The notes under the pieces were generated by a model, which was given only the letters and a program-made list of their open reading frames with translations, had not been told where the DNA came from and ran no database searches. A DNA stretch of 64,000 nt from Mytilus californianus (lineage: Eukaryota): contig NW_026262745.1 in the NCBI RefSeq assembly GCF_021869535.1, positions 63,178,001-63,242,000 on the forward strand, given 5' to 3'. Positions 1-12,854 of this stretch are shown piece by piece. The translations under genes were made by a program, and so were the position numbers. Numbering within the stretch: position 1 is the stretch's first letter; each line of letters starts with the position of its first letter.

Positions 1-647
1 AATAAATTTAACAATTTTGTTTGCAATGCATAACATTGAAGAAAAGTTATGCTTTCAAATATATTGTGATAACATTACCAATCTTTACGATACTGACTTA
101 AGTTCATCAGCTGAGCATTTCGAAACAAATGTCTCTTCAGTAATGCTCTTGGCTAAAATATTTAAGAATCCAACACAAATTCAAAAACTTAATTCAAAAA
201 GATTGCCAAAGTACACGGAATCAGTTCTATGCACGAAAGGTATATCTATATTCCTTTATCTAAAATAATTTCTAAACATTTATTACATCCAAGTCTATAA
301 TCACAATTACACAATATACGTATTTTCATGCCAGTACCAAAGTTTTGTCTACTGGGCTTGTGAAACTAGTAACACATTATTTGCATCTTAATTTTTGTAC
401 GGAGATAATTTAATTTGCATACTATAAAACAATGTTTGAATGCTAATTTAGAGCAATTCCAGTAAATTCCCTTTGCAAATCAGTTTTTTTTATAAAGAAG
501 AACTACCCTTTTAATATTTATTAGTACGCTTGTAACTGAAATGTTCATTTATTTTCTTAAATTCTACATTGAAAATTAAAGCAATGAAAGCGAATAATGT
601 TTTGAGGATTTTGACGTAAAGAGTGTGTTAGTGTCATCAAGACCTAC

Positions 648-2562
648 CTTTAAACAATATCAGAATCGCTACTGCTACTATCTTCATTACTGCAAAAAAC
701 AATACCAAATATTTTGATAAATGATGGCGGCAACTGCAAGGAAACATGAACTTATCACAACTCACTGTATAGTACAATGTATTGGGACATGGTCCACCAT
801 CTTTGAAAACAATAAATTGCACTGCAACGGCAAGATATATATACCATGAGACATTTGACGAAAACCCTAAGATCAATAATACATATTGTTTTAAGGAAGA
901 CGACATGTCTCGAAAGCATTGGTTTATCAACTGTCGCGCGTTCGGCCTACTGTAAACTCTTTAGCGGTGATCTTTTCAGAGGACTTTGAAGGTAATATCA
1001 GATCTGTTTAGTAAAAGATCATTGAAAACCAAACATTGCAAAAAAAAAACGATGTGTAAAAAAACAGCTTCAAATGTAAGTCTTTGTGATAGAATAAGCT
1101 ATGTGTTAAGTGTATGAATGATATTTCAGATAAACATAAGTAGTCTACTGCGTTGGTGATACACTTCAAGACAAAACGTCTGGATGTAAAACCTGATAGA
1201 AGATACAACGCCTATTATTTCGTAAGTCAATTGTGTCATACAACTCATCAGGGGTAATAATCAATTGTCGGGAAAAATATTTTTTAAGTTGGAGCATTGA
1301 AAACAAAACCAAAGATCTTTAAGCATTTGGAAAGGCACAAACACTTATAACCGGACGACAAAAAAACAATTTCAGAATAAAGAGATCTCGTTGCTACATT
1401 ACAAATACAAGAAGATGTGATATGAGTGCCAATGGAACCCTCTCCACCAAAGTCCCAATTTGTAAAAGTAAATCATTATAGGTCAACGTACGGCATTCAA
1501 CAAGCCTTGTCTCACACCGAACAGCAAGCTATAAAGGGCCCCAAAAATGACTAGTATATAACCATTCAAACAGGAAAACCAACGGTCTAATCTATATAAA
1601 AAACGAGAAACTAGAGACACTAATGAACCACATCAACAAACGACAACCACTGAACAACAGGTGTAAAAGGTAGTTAAAATACTAATTTCGCAAATAAATA
1701 GTCATGCATTGTTTTTAAACCATAAATCATAAAATATGTAAAGCTCAAAGCTCTGTCATGCATCACTCAGTAATATGATGATGCTTTTTAACAATACAAT
1801 TTAATACATCTCTTAATTGTGTGATCTAACGAAACCCGACAGTTATTGTCTCAATTTATTCTCCTTTTCTTATATTATAGAATTTTGTATTAATGGCAGA
1901 TCTTGTATAGTGTTTGTTAACTTTATTAAAAACTTTTAGATTTCTAAGACTGTATAAAAATGATGCATTTTATTTCAGTAGACCTGTACATGTTTGTTGT
2001 TTCTTTTTTATGTTATTCTCGTGGGTTTTCTTTAATTTTTGTAGTTCACTCATTTTTTTTTTGTGGTATTCATGCTGCTTAATCGTGTTAGTAATCTCGA
2101 CTCTTTTCATCATTGAGCTTGGTGGATTAGATTGCGTTTTATTTTTTTGTTTTACTTATCCGGGGACGATGTTTGCTCTTTATTTTTTTTTTTTTTTGTA
2201 CTCATGACTTCTGCATCTTTTGTTTGTTCTTTTTTTATGTATAGAATCACTTAAAATATTTGACACAATTATTTAGAAGCAATTATTACATGTGACTTAG
2301 TGAAATCGTCGTTTGTTAAAACTTCAATATATTTGAACTAATTTTTACATATCTTAATTAATACAATTATCACCAGAAAAAGAAATTGTTCTGCGTTTCT
2401 AAAGTAGAGATGACGCTTTTGTTTCTGTTTTCCCTATCAATTAATCTGTTGTAAAATTCTTTGTTTTCAATCTTATGTACTATAAATCATTTTATTTTTT
2501 AAAATGTATTTTTAATAGAAAATTGTTTTTACTTTAATATGAAACTTACCAATCTTAAACAT
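648..2562 (-). CDS. Paralogue A, 5' end only (coding exons 1-2, signal peptide); gene continues off the left edge
   Basis: Exon 1 at 2550-2562 (ATG TTT AAG ATT G|GTAAGT) and exon 2 at 648-689 (TTTGCAG|TA ATG AAG ... AAA G|GTAGGT) give MFKIVMKIVAVAILILFK. Same 13+42-nt layout as B, C and D. Confidence 0.75.
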
Positions 2563-2990
2563 CTTTATTCCCCTAATATTTAACATAACAGTACAATATC
2601 AAGGTATATAGTTACTTTTATTTGTAAAGCAGGGCATAAAACATATACAAAATATACAAAAAAAAACATTATTCATATTCATATCATCATAGTTTTCCTC
2701 TAATCAATATGTATTAAAGTTTAAATAGTTGTATTATATCTATATCAATAAGTTAAACAAACAAGTTTAACGATTTTGGAAATTTTGTATTTTTTTTATA
2801 ATAAACCTAAAGCTATAATTTGTAAAAAAAGTATTTTAACCCATTTATTCGGTCAAGTAACTTTTTTAAACGACAAAAATTGATACTTTTGTTGAATTAA
2901 ATGAAAAAAACAAATACAAAGACCAAATGTTGTTTACATTATGTTTTAAAGACAGTCGTATGTTAAGTTTTGTTATTCGTATTTCAGACT
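2563..2990 (-). promoter_or_regulatory. Conserved 5'UTR/promoter block, five copies (2563, 12855, 17960, 33986, 53009)
   Basis: Alignable block directly upstream of each exon 1. Contains GGGCATAA, ATTCATATTCATATC and TCAATAAGTTAAACAAA motifs; TATA-like TATATATAAA on the minus strand in B (about 13000) and C (about 34125). Confidence 0.6.
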
Positions 2991-3129
2991 CAGGACATAG
3001 TATGTTTCACCTATTGTTTTCTATTGACACACTACAAGCCATTGTTGGTATTGTCAGTAATTGTCAATTAACACCTACTGGTAACTCGAGGCTATCATGT
3101 GATCAGTAGTTAGTGCTTTGATAGTAACA

Positions 3130-3366
3130 CGATTTGTATCATGTCTTTCTTAGATTTTCGTTCATAAATTTTTCAACTATAAACGAACTGAGATTTCAAC
3201 TCCCTCAGACTTACTTGACCTTAGATGTTGTGGCTATTTTTGTATGTTTTTGTATGTTTTTGTTGGTTATGTAGTGCTTCAACTGTTTCGGTTTTTTATA
3301 CATCCTCGGCTTCCAAGTATTCAGCTATGAGCGTTCCTGATGATTGTAAATCTAGAAAAGCGCCTC
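3130..3366 (+). mobile_element. H2 hammerhead-bearing repeat upstream of A (duplicate at 53580-53806)
   Basis: GCGUUC-CUGAUGA-(short stem II)-GAAA-AGCGCC-UC; homology stops at the cleavage triplet. Other H2 copies: 8631-8805 (-), 28520-28691 (+), 57489-57800 (-, two hammerhead relics 212 nt apart). Confidence 0.65.
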
Positions 3367-3435
3367 GATGTAGTTAAGGTAGATTTAAATCCATAGACTT
3401 TTTTTAACAATTTGTCAAAATGTAACATGCAAATA

Positions 3436-3784
3436 TCTAGACCGATTGTTTCCTATGTTACAATATTATAGGGCGGAAGAATTGTGTTATGGTATCTTAA
3501 ATTCATATCTAGATCAAGACAATCATACTTGGAAATGCTAAATATGACTTTGAGTTTGTTAATAAAAAGTGTTACTTCAATTCGAGTCAATACAATGTTC
3601 TGGATTAACTTTCATAAAGAGAGCTCAGACCAACAAATTGAAAGCCAACGGTAAATATGACCTTCGATACGTGAGGAGCTATATCGTTTATATAACCATA
3701 AAAAAATTAGAACAACGCGTTATTAAGGTAGGTATTTCTTCCGCCCTATTAGATTGTAACATAGCAGTAAACAATCGGTCTAGA
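3436..3784. mobile_element. MITE-like element with about 45-bp imperfect TIRs
   Basis: TCTAGACCGATTGTT..GGGCGGAAGAA pairs with TTCTTCCGCCC..AACAATCGGTCTAGA. Absent from the duplicate region at 53.9 kb. Confidence 0.7.
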
Positions 3785-4689
3785 TCTTTCATAAAATGGT
3801 GGATTAAAACTGGTTTTATAGCTAGCTAAACATCTCACTCGTATGAAATTCGCATAGAAATTCCGTTATATTGACAACAATGTGTGAACAAAACAAACAG
3901 AGCGAAACAGTGATAATTCTTTCATAAGTGTACAACACCTTTTAACGATATGTCTTTACCGTATTGTTGACATTTTGACATTGTGAAAGTAACAAGTACT
4001 TGGTTACTGTTCTGTGAAAAAGATCTACATTTGGATAAATGATAAAAAGATTTACTGTGCACGATTAATGTTTCAAGCTAAGCTCGACGAACATATACTT
4101 ACATAAAACAAATTAAAAAGGTTGTTTTGAATTGAAGGTCAACAAAACTATCTTAACATATCTAAATGTTCATACGATTGTTTAAAGAAAGGGACCTAGT
4201 CATTGGCTTTTTTATTTATCTCTTGATGTTCTGTCCATAATTGGATTTGATAATGAGGTCAGTAAAAATTGAGAGTCTGCTCGAATTATTTAGCAAAATA
4301 GAAAACTATACAAACTTCTTACAAAGAGGCAATTAATTGACTTGTGATTTCCGAATAAATACTGTGTTCAGAAATATCAGAGTATTTATCTTCGAAATAA
4401 TGGAATCGATGTATATATGAAAAAAATAAGATTTGGTTAGACTGTTAATGAGTTTATTCTCCACCAAAGACAACATGACCTAAAAGCTAACCCTTTTTAT
4501 TGGCAAACATACTAGTATTTGAATCTAATATCGGAAAAAGAGTTTAATCTAACATCGTGAAAAGAGTTAAGCCTTTTATCGGCAAAGGCTTCTTTGTGAC
4601 ATTAATCTTTTGTAATATATAATTGTTGTCTCTGTCTTCTTAAATCTTTATCAGATTAAGTATAAGTTCCCATTTTCAATGTCTGCGTT

Positions 4690-7600
4690 TCAACTGGTAC
4701 CCAGTTTCGTTAGTAGTGTACACACTCTGTTTATAAGTGATGCACTGTCTAGACACAATAGCAAAGATGCAATTGAAATCAAAATGGCAATGCCTACAAA
4801 TCCAATACTTGCTGACGATTTTCGTGAATCCCATGCAGAAGTGTGTTTTCTCGTAAACGCTGATGTTTTTGATCTGTCAACTTTAATCTCATTTACTAAT
4901 TCGTTGATACTTTCTTCCAATGACATTTGTTTGGTTACATTGTTACATGTGCAGACACAATATGGTCTTTTAACTGAAAGAAATACAAAATAATTAAAGA
5001 GACATTCTATTAAACTGTTCAATATAAGACTTAATATATTTTATCAAACGTTCCTTTAAGAGTAAGTATAGTGTTTAACAAACTGAATTGAGTCCACGTG
5101 TACAGAGTGCATTAACACACCTGTCTTAAATTACATTTTCACATTGACTTGACTTGATAAGTAGTGAACAAATTCAAAAAGACTGAGCCGCAAAACAATA
5201 TTGTTTCAAAGCTCTATTTTCAGGTGGCTGTTTTATGCCATAATTAACAATTGAAACGATGTATTTTTCATAAGCCATATTTGATAGAAGCCGTCGTTCT
5301 TAAAATCATTTTTAATATCGCAATTGCTAAATGTTGTAAAAACTGATCAAGCAATTAAAATCTTCATTAGTACAAATATTCTATGAATATCAATTTGTCG
5401 TTCATTTCCTCATTTATTGATTTGATGATGCATTCATATATAATTTTATTCACAATCAACTTATCTTTTCTATACCTGCGCTAATTGTTGTAAATTCATT
5501 CTGTGTTGTTTGATCAATTGAAGATTTCGATATTGATATGCTGTCGAGTTGAGATGTTGTTGTATGAAGATCAGTCGATGCTTCTTCTTCGGTAGATGTC
5601 ATGTGGTGTTCAGTTGTTGCTGGTAATGTTGTTTCTGTTGTCTTATCTGCAGATGAAACTTTCAAAGAAGTTGTTTCTTTTTGTGTAGATGTTAGATATT
5701 GTGCTGTTGTTTCCTGCTTGGCTGTCACACATAAAACACAATCACTTATAACAGCAGATCCACAATTGTCATACGGTGGCACAATCAAGGCATTAGTGTC
5801 TTTATTTACTTAAAACAAAAAAACTTTTTTTTTTTTATGCATTTTGATATTGAATTTTATGCGACTGTCATACAAGTGAGAGATTAAGCTAGCTATAAAA
5901 CCAGGTTTAAAACATCATTTTCTACATGAGAAAATGTCTGTACCAAGTCAGGAATATGACAGTTATTATACTCATTCGTTTGATGCGTTTGAGCTTTTGA
6001 TTTTGCAATTTGATTAGGGACTTTCCGTTTTGAAGTTTCCTCGGTGTTCGGTATCTTTGTTATTTTACCTTTGATTCTCTTCATTCGTGTTTTGTACATT
6101 ATTGGTAGAAATTACAAGATAAGATAAACATTTAAAAGAAGGTAAACCAAATTATTAACTTTTTCTTAATTAACTGCGTATACTCCGTCATGATACATAA
6201 CAATATTAAACAAATATAGTGTGTACCGTATTTGGTATTTATTGAACAAGATATATTCCATTTTACTGAATTCTTTAAATGAATTCAGTATTATTAGTTT
6301 ATTTATCTTTGATGATTTGTTTTTGTTTCCGTATCTATTTATTTATTTATTCATATATTTACGTTCTAAATACAAATAAAAGATAAAAAAATCTTACATT
6401 CAAAGTAACACCTCTTAATATAAAGATCTTCAGCCATAACAGAAATCTGATCATTTTTTAATCGGAAAGGATCATCAAAGATATCATACATCACACATTT
6501 AGGTACAGACGGGGTAAAAGCAAATCCCCAGCATAAAATTTTAGGATCACAAAAATCTTTACAATCTTGTGCAGTTCCAAAGTCTAGTTTAGTGAATCCA
6601 CTCATTCCAGTAGTTACCTTGCTTTCGGTTTCGGTATCATAGGAAATTCCAGAATTACATATAGCTGAAGGAAAACATTATATCAGTGAATACAAATATG
6701 ACACGTTATTTATACATATATGATAGTATAACTCAATATTACTAACAGATCTTTGGATATAAATATAACAAGAAAACAAAACAATGTTAAACTATCATAT
6801 TAAATTATTAAGTTTTTTATTTTATCAGCAATATATGACAATTTACATTTAAAAATAGGAAAGGAAAAATCGTCCCTTTCGTTGTAAATTTTTTTGTATA
6901 GAGTTTCTCGTGTAAAACAGAAATATCTAAACCTAGAAGAGGACAGTGAGTGTTGTCAATATTAACTTACTATCGCATCTATCTCATCAAACTTCAAATA
7001 AAGGATACAACAGATATAGGGAGCACTTGAGTTTACCACCAGTTTTTTTGTGGGGTTCGTGTTGCTCAGTATTTAGTTTTCTATGTTGTGTTTTGTGTAC
7101 TATTTGTTGTCTATTGGTCTTTTTTTTAGCCATGGCGTTGTCAGTTTATTTTGGACGTATGAGTTTTAATGTCCCTCTGGTATCTTTTGCTTCTCTCTTA
7201 TAGTGTTAAGCATATATATTTCCTTATATATTGACTAACATCTATAAACTGACAATGATGGTCAGTTGAGAACAAAACTTTTCGACAAAAGAGATGTGAT
7301 CGGCCCAATTGTATAAAATGTCTATGTAGCAACTATCCACCGCCTTAATATGGAGCATACATCCCCCAGTTGATACGATATTAATAGCTTGCGTTTGCCT
7401 TCATGATTTCCTTGACAGAGAGTTGCTGTCCTGATTACAAGATAGCTTTGGCACCGTTGTAACGTTTGGTGAAATTGAAATCTTCCTTTCGAAAATGTTT
7501 GGCACAATCATTCATGATGATTGACCGTTATGGAATATACGTTTCACAGTTGAAGACGGATATGTTCAATATGTCGTAACCATAAGCTCTTTCTCGTTTC

Positions 7601-10600
7601 CGTCGAAGATGATCTACATGTACCAAATTAGACGAATCACTGGGCATTTATTTACCTGAGAAAATCGACGGTTGACACACGTTTTTTCTAGGTTGGTCAG
7701 TCTATAGTTTTATATCTTCTGTGTTTTTTTCAGTTGTTTGTCTTTTGATCGATTTTCCTTTTTTCTTTTTTCTTTTTTGCAATAGCATTGTCAGTTTATT
7801 TTCGACTTTTGAGTTTGAATATCCGTTTGGTATATTTCGCCTCTGGTTTACATGGATACTTAGCCTTACGCTGTAAGCAAAGTATATTTTGATACAGTCA
7901 ATTGTATAATAAAGATAATTCAATCGTGTTGAAATAAAAATAAAATCCTCTGTCCTCATATCTATTTCAGACCATAATTTTCAATCATTAAGAATTAATC
8001 ATACAGTGTAGGCAATACAAAACTCATAAAAAATAACTGTATTCATCTTTGTTGTGGAAGATGTATTGGTGCAGTAGCTTTCACAAAATGAGTGGCAGAA
8101 GATGCATTTGGGGGGGGGGGGGGGGGGGGAGGGGGTCGAAATCAAACGCCGAAGAAAAAATCAGCACCAGTCCCCAAATTGCTATATATATATAATTTGG
8201 GGACTGGTGCTGATTTTTCTTCGGCGTTTGATTTCATATATATACAAGGTCATATATGTCAGAGATATTTCATAATCATGATAAACCAAATCATGATAAT
8301 GGTAAACCAAATCATGATTGTGAAATAATTCTACATTTTCTTAATCATAAAAACTTTCTAAACTGGTCGACCGGGTAATGGGTTAAATTTAAGCAAGTAC
8401 ATTTTGTAAATCAAAGTGTATGAATGCGGTTTACAGAATATAAAATAATAAGCCAAACAATTTAGGAATAGCTTAAATGCCCCAAAAATGAAGAATACAG
8501 GAATGATAATTATTTTCAAGTAAACGGTATAAGTACATCATATCATTGTAAATTGCCAAAAATTTATTACGCACAGTTCAATAAATCAACACTTAGCTGC
8601 AACATGAAGATATGACTTCATACATGTCGTGCGTCTGAAGTCGGTTTGTTTATTTAAACTTTATCAGAAACTCTCAAATCCCAAACACCTGAAAGCCCTG
8701 GATGCATAAATAAAAAGACACATTAGTGCCTCTATGACTAAATGAAAACAATAAAAAATAGCCAAAAATAATAAAGGGTCAAATTTAACTTAAGGAGTTG
8801 GAACATTTCCCTTTGCTTAATTTATTGATTTATCAACAGGAAATTATCAAAACACTGACAACTGAGCTAATGGTAGCAGTTAAGACTAACAGATCGCCAA
8901 AAATTATTTTGAGGTCAACAATATAATGCAACAAGGATTGACCTAAAGTGGTTTTGGTTGTTCTTTGTATAATCAATTTATTTTCACCTTTCGGAATGGG
9001 ATGCTCATGAAAGGTTTTCTTCTCTTGGTAAGTATCGGCAAAGCAAATACCAGATGTTCTTTCTTTTATTGGATTGTATAACAAAGAAAAAAATTAATGT
9101 TCATTACCTGACACCAAAATGTTCTTTCATCAATTCTGTTGTATTCTTTCTTATGGAGAAGAAGTACTTTTGGTGTATTAAACTTTTCTAAATATTTTTT
9201 TATAATTTCTCGTTCTAGATTCAAAATTAAAACAGTATAGATACATTTAATAGGAGATGTTTATGTTCTGTTGAAAAAAAATATATATTTGTTTATACAA
9301 TGTATAATGTAATAAAACATGATTAAATGTTTAGACTACAGAAGTATTTGAGTAGAGTGAGTCTGTTTGGATCCTTTCTGTATTTTGTAAAACGAAGAAA
9401 CATATACTTCAAAAATGGACTTCTCCTTTGAATATATATCTTGCATGTGAAATCCTCGATAGTACCACACTGTTTCGAAAAACATCCCAACAAGCAAGCC
9501 AGAATAGAAGCAGCTCAGTAGCAGTTGTTGCGAATGATATTTTACTTTCTGCTATAGTTTGACATAAATTATTTATTTAGTCTGACGTCCTTCATCATAT
9601 TGGACGTCCACACGTTTTATCTACCTTTACAGACGAATGAGCAAGTTTTATCGGTCAAGTTCAAATATTTACAACTGCTTTCGAAGACCTTGTCTCAACA
9701 TAGATGCAAATGACAATTGACCAATTGAACAGATACAACATAAGTTGATCTTACTTGTATCGGATTCACATATAAATTGTTTTAAGTCTATTCCACATTC
9801 AGCTAAGAGCCAATGCATGTTTTCGTCATCTACCTTGACATAAGAGCATAAATCATCATAGCCACCAGTCAATACAGGTGATAAGTTAAAATACCATGGG
9901 AACCAAAATGATGTCAAGCAGTCAGTCGTCCATATACGTTTATTCGATCGATTTGGATCTGGAACATGTAGTCCTATCCAAATTTCTCCTTCAAAGTCGG
10001 AATCTCTAAAAATTAAACGAAAAAAACCCAGATATTAATCAGGTGCATTCCAAACTCTAAGCCATGCTAAAACATAACTTAGAATGTTAATATGCATATT
10101 CAAATAATTTTTGGATTTTTAAGACATTTTGATCTCCCCCATCATTGAAGAGACATTTGTCGTTGAAATTCGCAATAGGTGCAGGAAAAATTAGTACCGT
10201 TACTGTTATTCCAATGTAATGACAAATTTACACAATATTTTGGAGAATTTATTCCCTTCTATATGTGTGTTCAGCTATAAGGTTTTAAAATACCTGATGT
10301 GATTAAGGTATACAAAGATAACATATTGTTGTGTTTCCAATTAACTTTTTTAGAGAAACCATAATGTAGTAAGGTTAACTTGCAACGTCGAGTAGTCAAT
10401 ATGAAACATAAATTAACTCAAACCCGACAAACAACTATAAATATTTTACCTGTGCACCAAGAAAAGCTAAGATTTTGATCGATGAAATTAACTTTTGATA
10501 TGAACATACAGTTCGCTGTTGTCGCAGATGTAGATATTAGAAAATGAATTAACAGCGAAGAGTTTTCATACAGTCCCTTATGACAGTTTGATGAAATAAA

Positions 10601-12854
10601 GAGTCTTTACAGTTACATAGTATGTATGTCAGCCTTAAATGGAAAACCACTATATGTATTGAAATACAAAATATTCACGTGTCTAATATAGCTTTGTGCA
10701 GAAGTAGATGTTTCGCCTGTCGATCAATTTTCACTAAATGTTGTCCTATACTTTTACAATATTGGTTAGCATTATTCCAAGTCAATGGTTCGGTAAATAA
10801 GGTTGTAGAAGCTTCGGCCAAGACATCATGATCTGCAAAAAAAAATCAAACTGAATCGATGTTCCCTATTTCATTTGATTACAGCTTTATTTTATGTCAA
10901 ACTGAAATGTTCCGATGCATAATTTTCCAAACTTGTAGCTTCATTAAAATACGACTGTACTTGCACGAAATGCATACAACTATTAATAAATCATTATTAA
11001 TACAGTATTTGCAAGATATCCATAAATCGAAACGAAAATAGTCCCAATTATTTTGTTCGTGTACTGTTCGTACCATCTGAATAACAAACTGAGATCGATG
11101 CAGCATGTTGTTTATTTATAGAAACGAAAGTCTACTACTGACTACTATTGATCGTGTATTCAAAATCAACTACGCCCACTGACTTAATATTAGATATACA
11201 TTGTTTCCACTTGACTGCTTTAGACAAATGGTATTCCTAGAAATATACAGGAGGTAAGATAATTATAAAAATGGTCATCATAATTGTGATAATGTTATGA
11301 TTTGTTAACCACATCCTTAGTAAGTAAAATTTAACCATTGACATTATGTTCATCTTTGGGTACTATAAGCAAATTTGCTCATAGTTTACTATTCATAACT
11401 CATTAGAATCAGAAACGTGGCGGCGCAATGATATAATCACTTATGGCGATCTGTTTTAACGTTCTTCATTCGAAAATATACGATAGAAATGAGATGAGAT
11501 TTTTGTAACATGATTAGATATTTTTTGTTCTTTTATAGATCAATCAGAAAGCTTTTTCGTCGAATATAATAGATATTAAATAACATAGGATTTCAACCAA
11601 AAAATCCAAGTTTTATAAATACATACCTTTAATTTCTATCAGAATCAGCACTACCATTATCGTCATTACTGCAAAGATTGGCAAGTATTTCAATAATTTA
11701 TTCATATAACAGATAACTCGTTAAAACTTTATTTCAGTAAATAGCGACACAGTTTCATTTCAAGAAACATAAACAAATATTGTTCCATGTATTTCAAAGA
11801 CATATCTGAAGTGAACCTTTAAAACAATAATCGACATACATATGCAAATACTGATTGTCGTGTCAGCAACAGTTATGAAAAAAAATTCATTTGTTACCCC
11901 TGTCGGTCCGTCCGTCCGTTTTTCCATCCGTCCAATTACATTTACATTTCACATAAATGTTTTTGAATCATTTGATGTAGTATTGATGGCAGATCTCGGG
12001 TAGTGTTTGTTAAATCATTTTATACGTTTTATATTTAAATGTGTGTATCTTGTATCATTATACACTTAATAGTTGAAGACCGTATGTTGACCTATACGTG
12101 AGAGGTGTCGTTTGTTACAATGAAATTCGCGTGAGTTACTCTCTGTTTGGTTAACTGTCTCATTGACATTTTCATATATCTCCTTCGATTCGTATACTTC
12201 AGGTTAAAATATGAAAAGTGTACGCTTAATTTTGTATATAATCTAATTTTGTAACTAGATATTCTAGCAGAACCTCGGCAGTGAGTAGGATAATGAATAA
12301 ATTATGTCGTTCTATATTTTTTGTCTTTTTTAATGTGATATTAATATTAGCTAACGATCCCATACTCTTTTGGTCGATTGTGGCATCATCGAATGTGCAC
12401 TTGCCATGAGCCTAACGACAAGTACCACTAGCGGAGCTTGATCTTGCTATGATGGTTTATTTTATTCGTTTAGACATTGTACGATGTTGGATGTCTTTCT
12501 GTACCATCAATTTCGATCGCAACTTCTGTTTTTCTCACTTTGTGAATTTATGAAGCTATTGACACAGTCATTTGAAAGCACCACTTAGTGCAATCGACTA
12601 TTCATAAGCTTAAATGTACTTGAATTTATTTTTGAATACTAGTATATAACAGTTTTTATGTTAACCTCGTACGATAATTATACAAAGAAAAGCGTATCCA
12701 AAGCAGCCATGGCGGTTTCTTTTTTTTCTATTTTTGACCTTTCAATTAAACTGTTCAAGCATTATTCTTTATCTGAATATGTTTTAAGATATGATATTTA
12801 TTTAAAAAAACAAATTGTCTTCGTTATAATGAGAAACTTACCTATCTTAAACAT
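4690..12854 (-). CDS. Paralogue B: intact CTLD-PAN-mucin-TM type-I membrane protein, 447 aa
   Basis: Exons 12842-12854, 11627-11668, 10679-10832, 9755-10005, 6398-6664, 5476-5808, 4690-4973. All junctions GT-AG with matching phases (1,1,2,1,1,1); 1344 nt with no internal stop. CTLD motifs TWNNANQYC, IWIGLH, DLC, W-x4-C, FICES; PAN exon with 6 Cys (DCKDFC..CWGFAF..KCVMY..KRC); T/S-rich stalk; TM IGFVGIAILISIASLLLCL. Confidence 0.9.
5864..5963 (+). ncRNA. Twister relic, family Z (element about 5845-6075)
   Basis: Perfect 9-bp P5 ACUGUCAUA/UAUGACAGU and CUG-UACCAAGU-CAG; P2 and T1 damaged. Confidence 0.65.
7015..7850 (+). mobile_element. Two decayed Naiad-like 3' fragments (3'UTR 7015-7200; RT C-terminus plus 3'UTR 7245-7850)
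   Basis: Match to the reverse complement of 60116-60760, including a DNDGQLRTKLFDKRD relic. Confidence 0.7.
8108..8135. repeat. Poly-G tract
   Basis: Seen directly. Confidence 0.9.

Larger units (their letters stand above)
1..6800. repeat. Segmental duplication: about 1-6800 matches about 49940-57385 (offset about 50 kb)
   Basis: Collinear matches through introns and spacer with shared repeat insertions (1405/51092, 3130/53580, 5864/55934); 3420-4240 and 53870-54310 differ. Confidence 0.9.

Noticed and set aside
637-930. 97-aa ORF as the N-terminus of A (and an ATG at 11705 for B)
   Set aside because: The homologous upstream sequence is frameshifted or stopped in C and D. The conserved acceptor and 13-nt exon 1 explain the data better.
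1008-1208. ORF similar to 50912-51103
   Set aside because: The similarity comes from the segmental duplication of intron 1; there is no conserved start, stop or splice site.
4679-4993. Plus-strand ORF (MAMPTNPILADDF..) recurring at 20638, 40544 and 54871
   Set aside because: It is the antisense shadow of conserved exon 7. It is broken by TAA in D and has no independent splice or start signals.
8092-8328. Poly-Gly ORF
   Set aside because: An artefact of the poly-G tract and a short tandem repeat.
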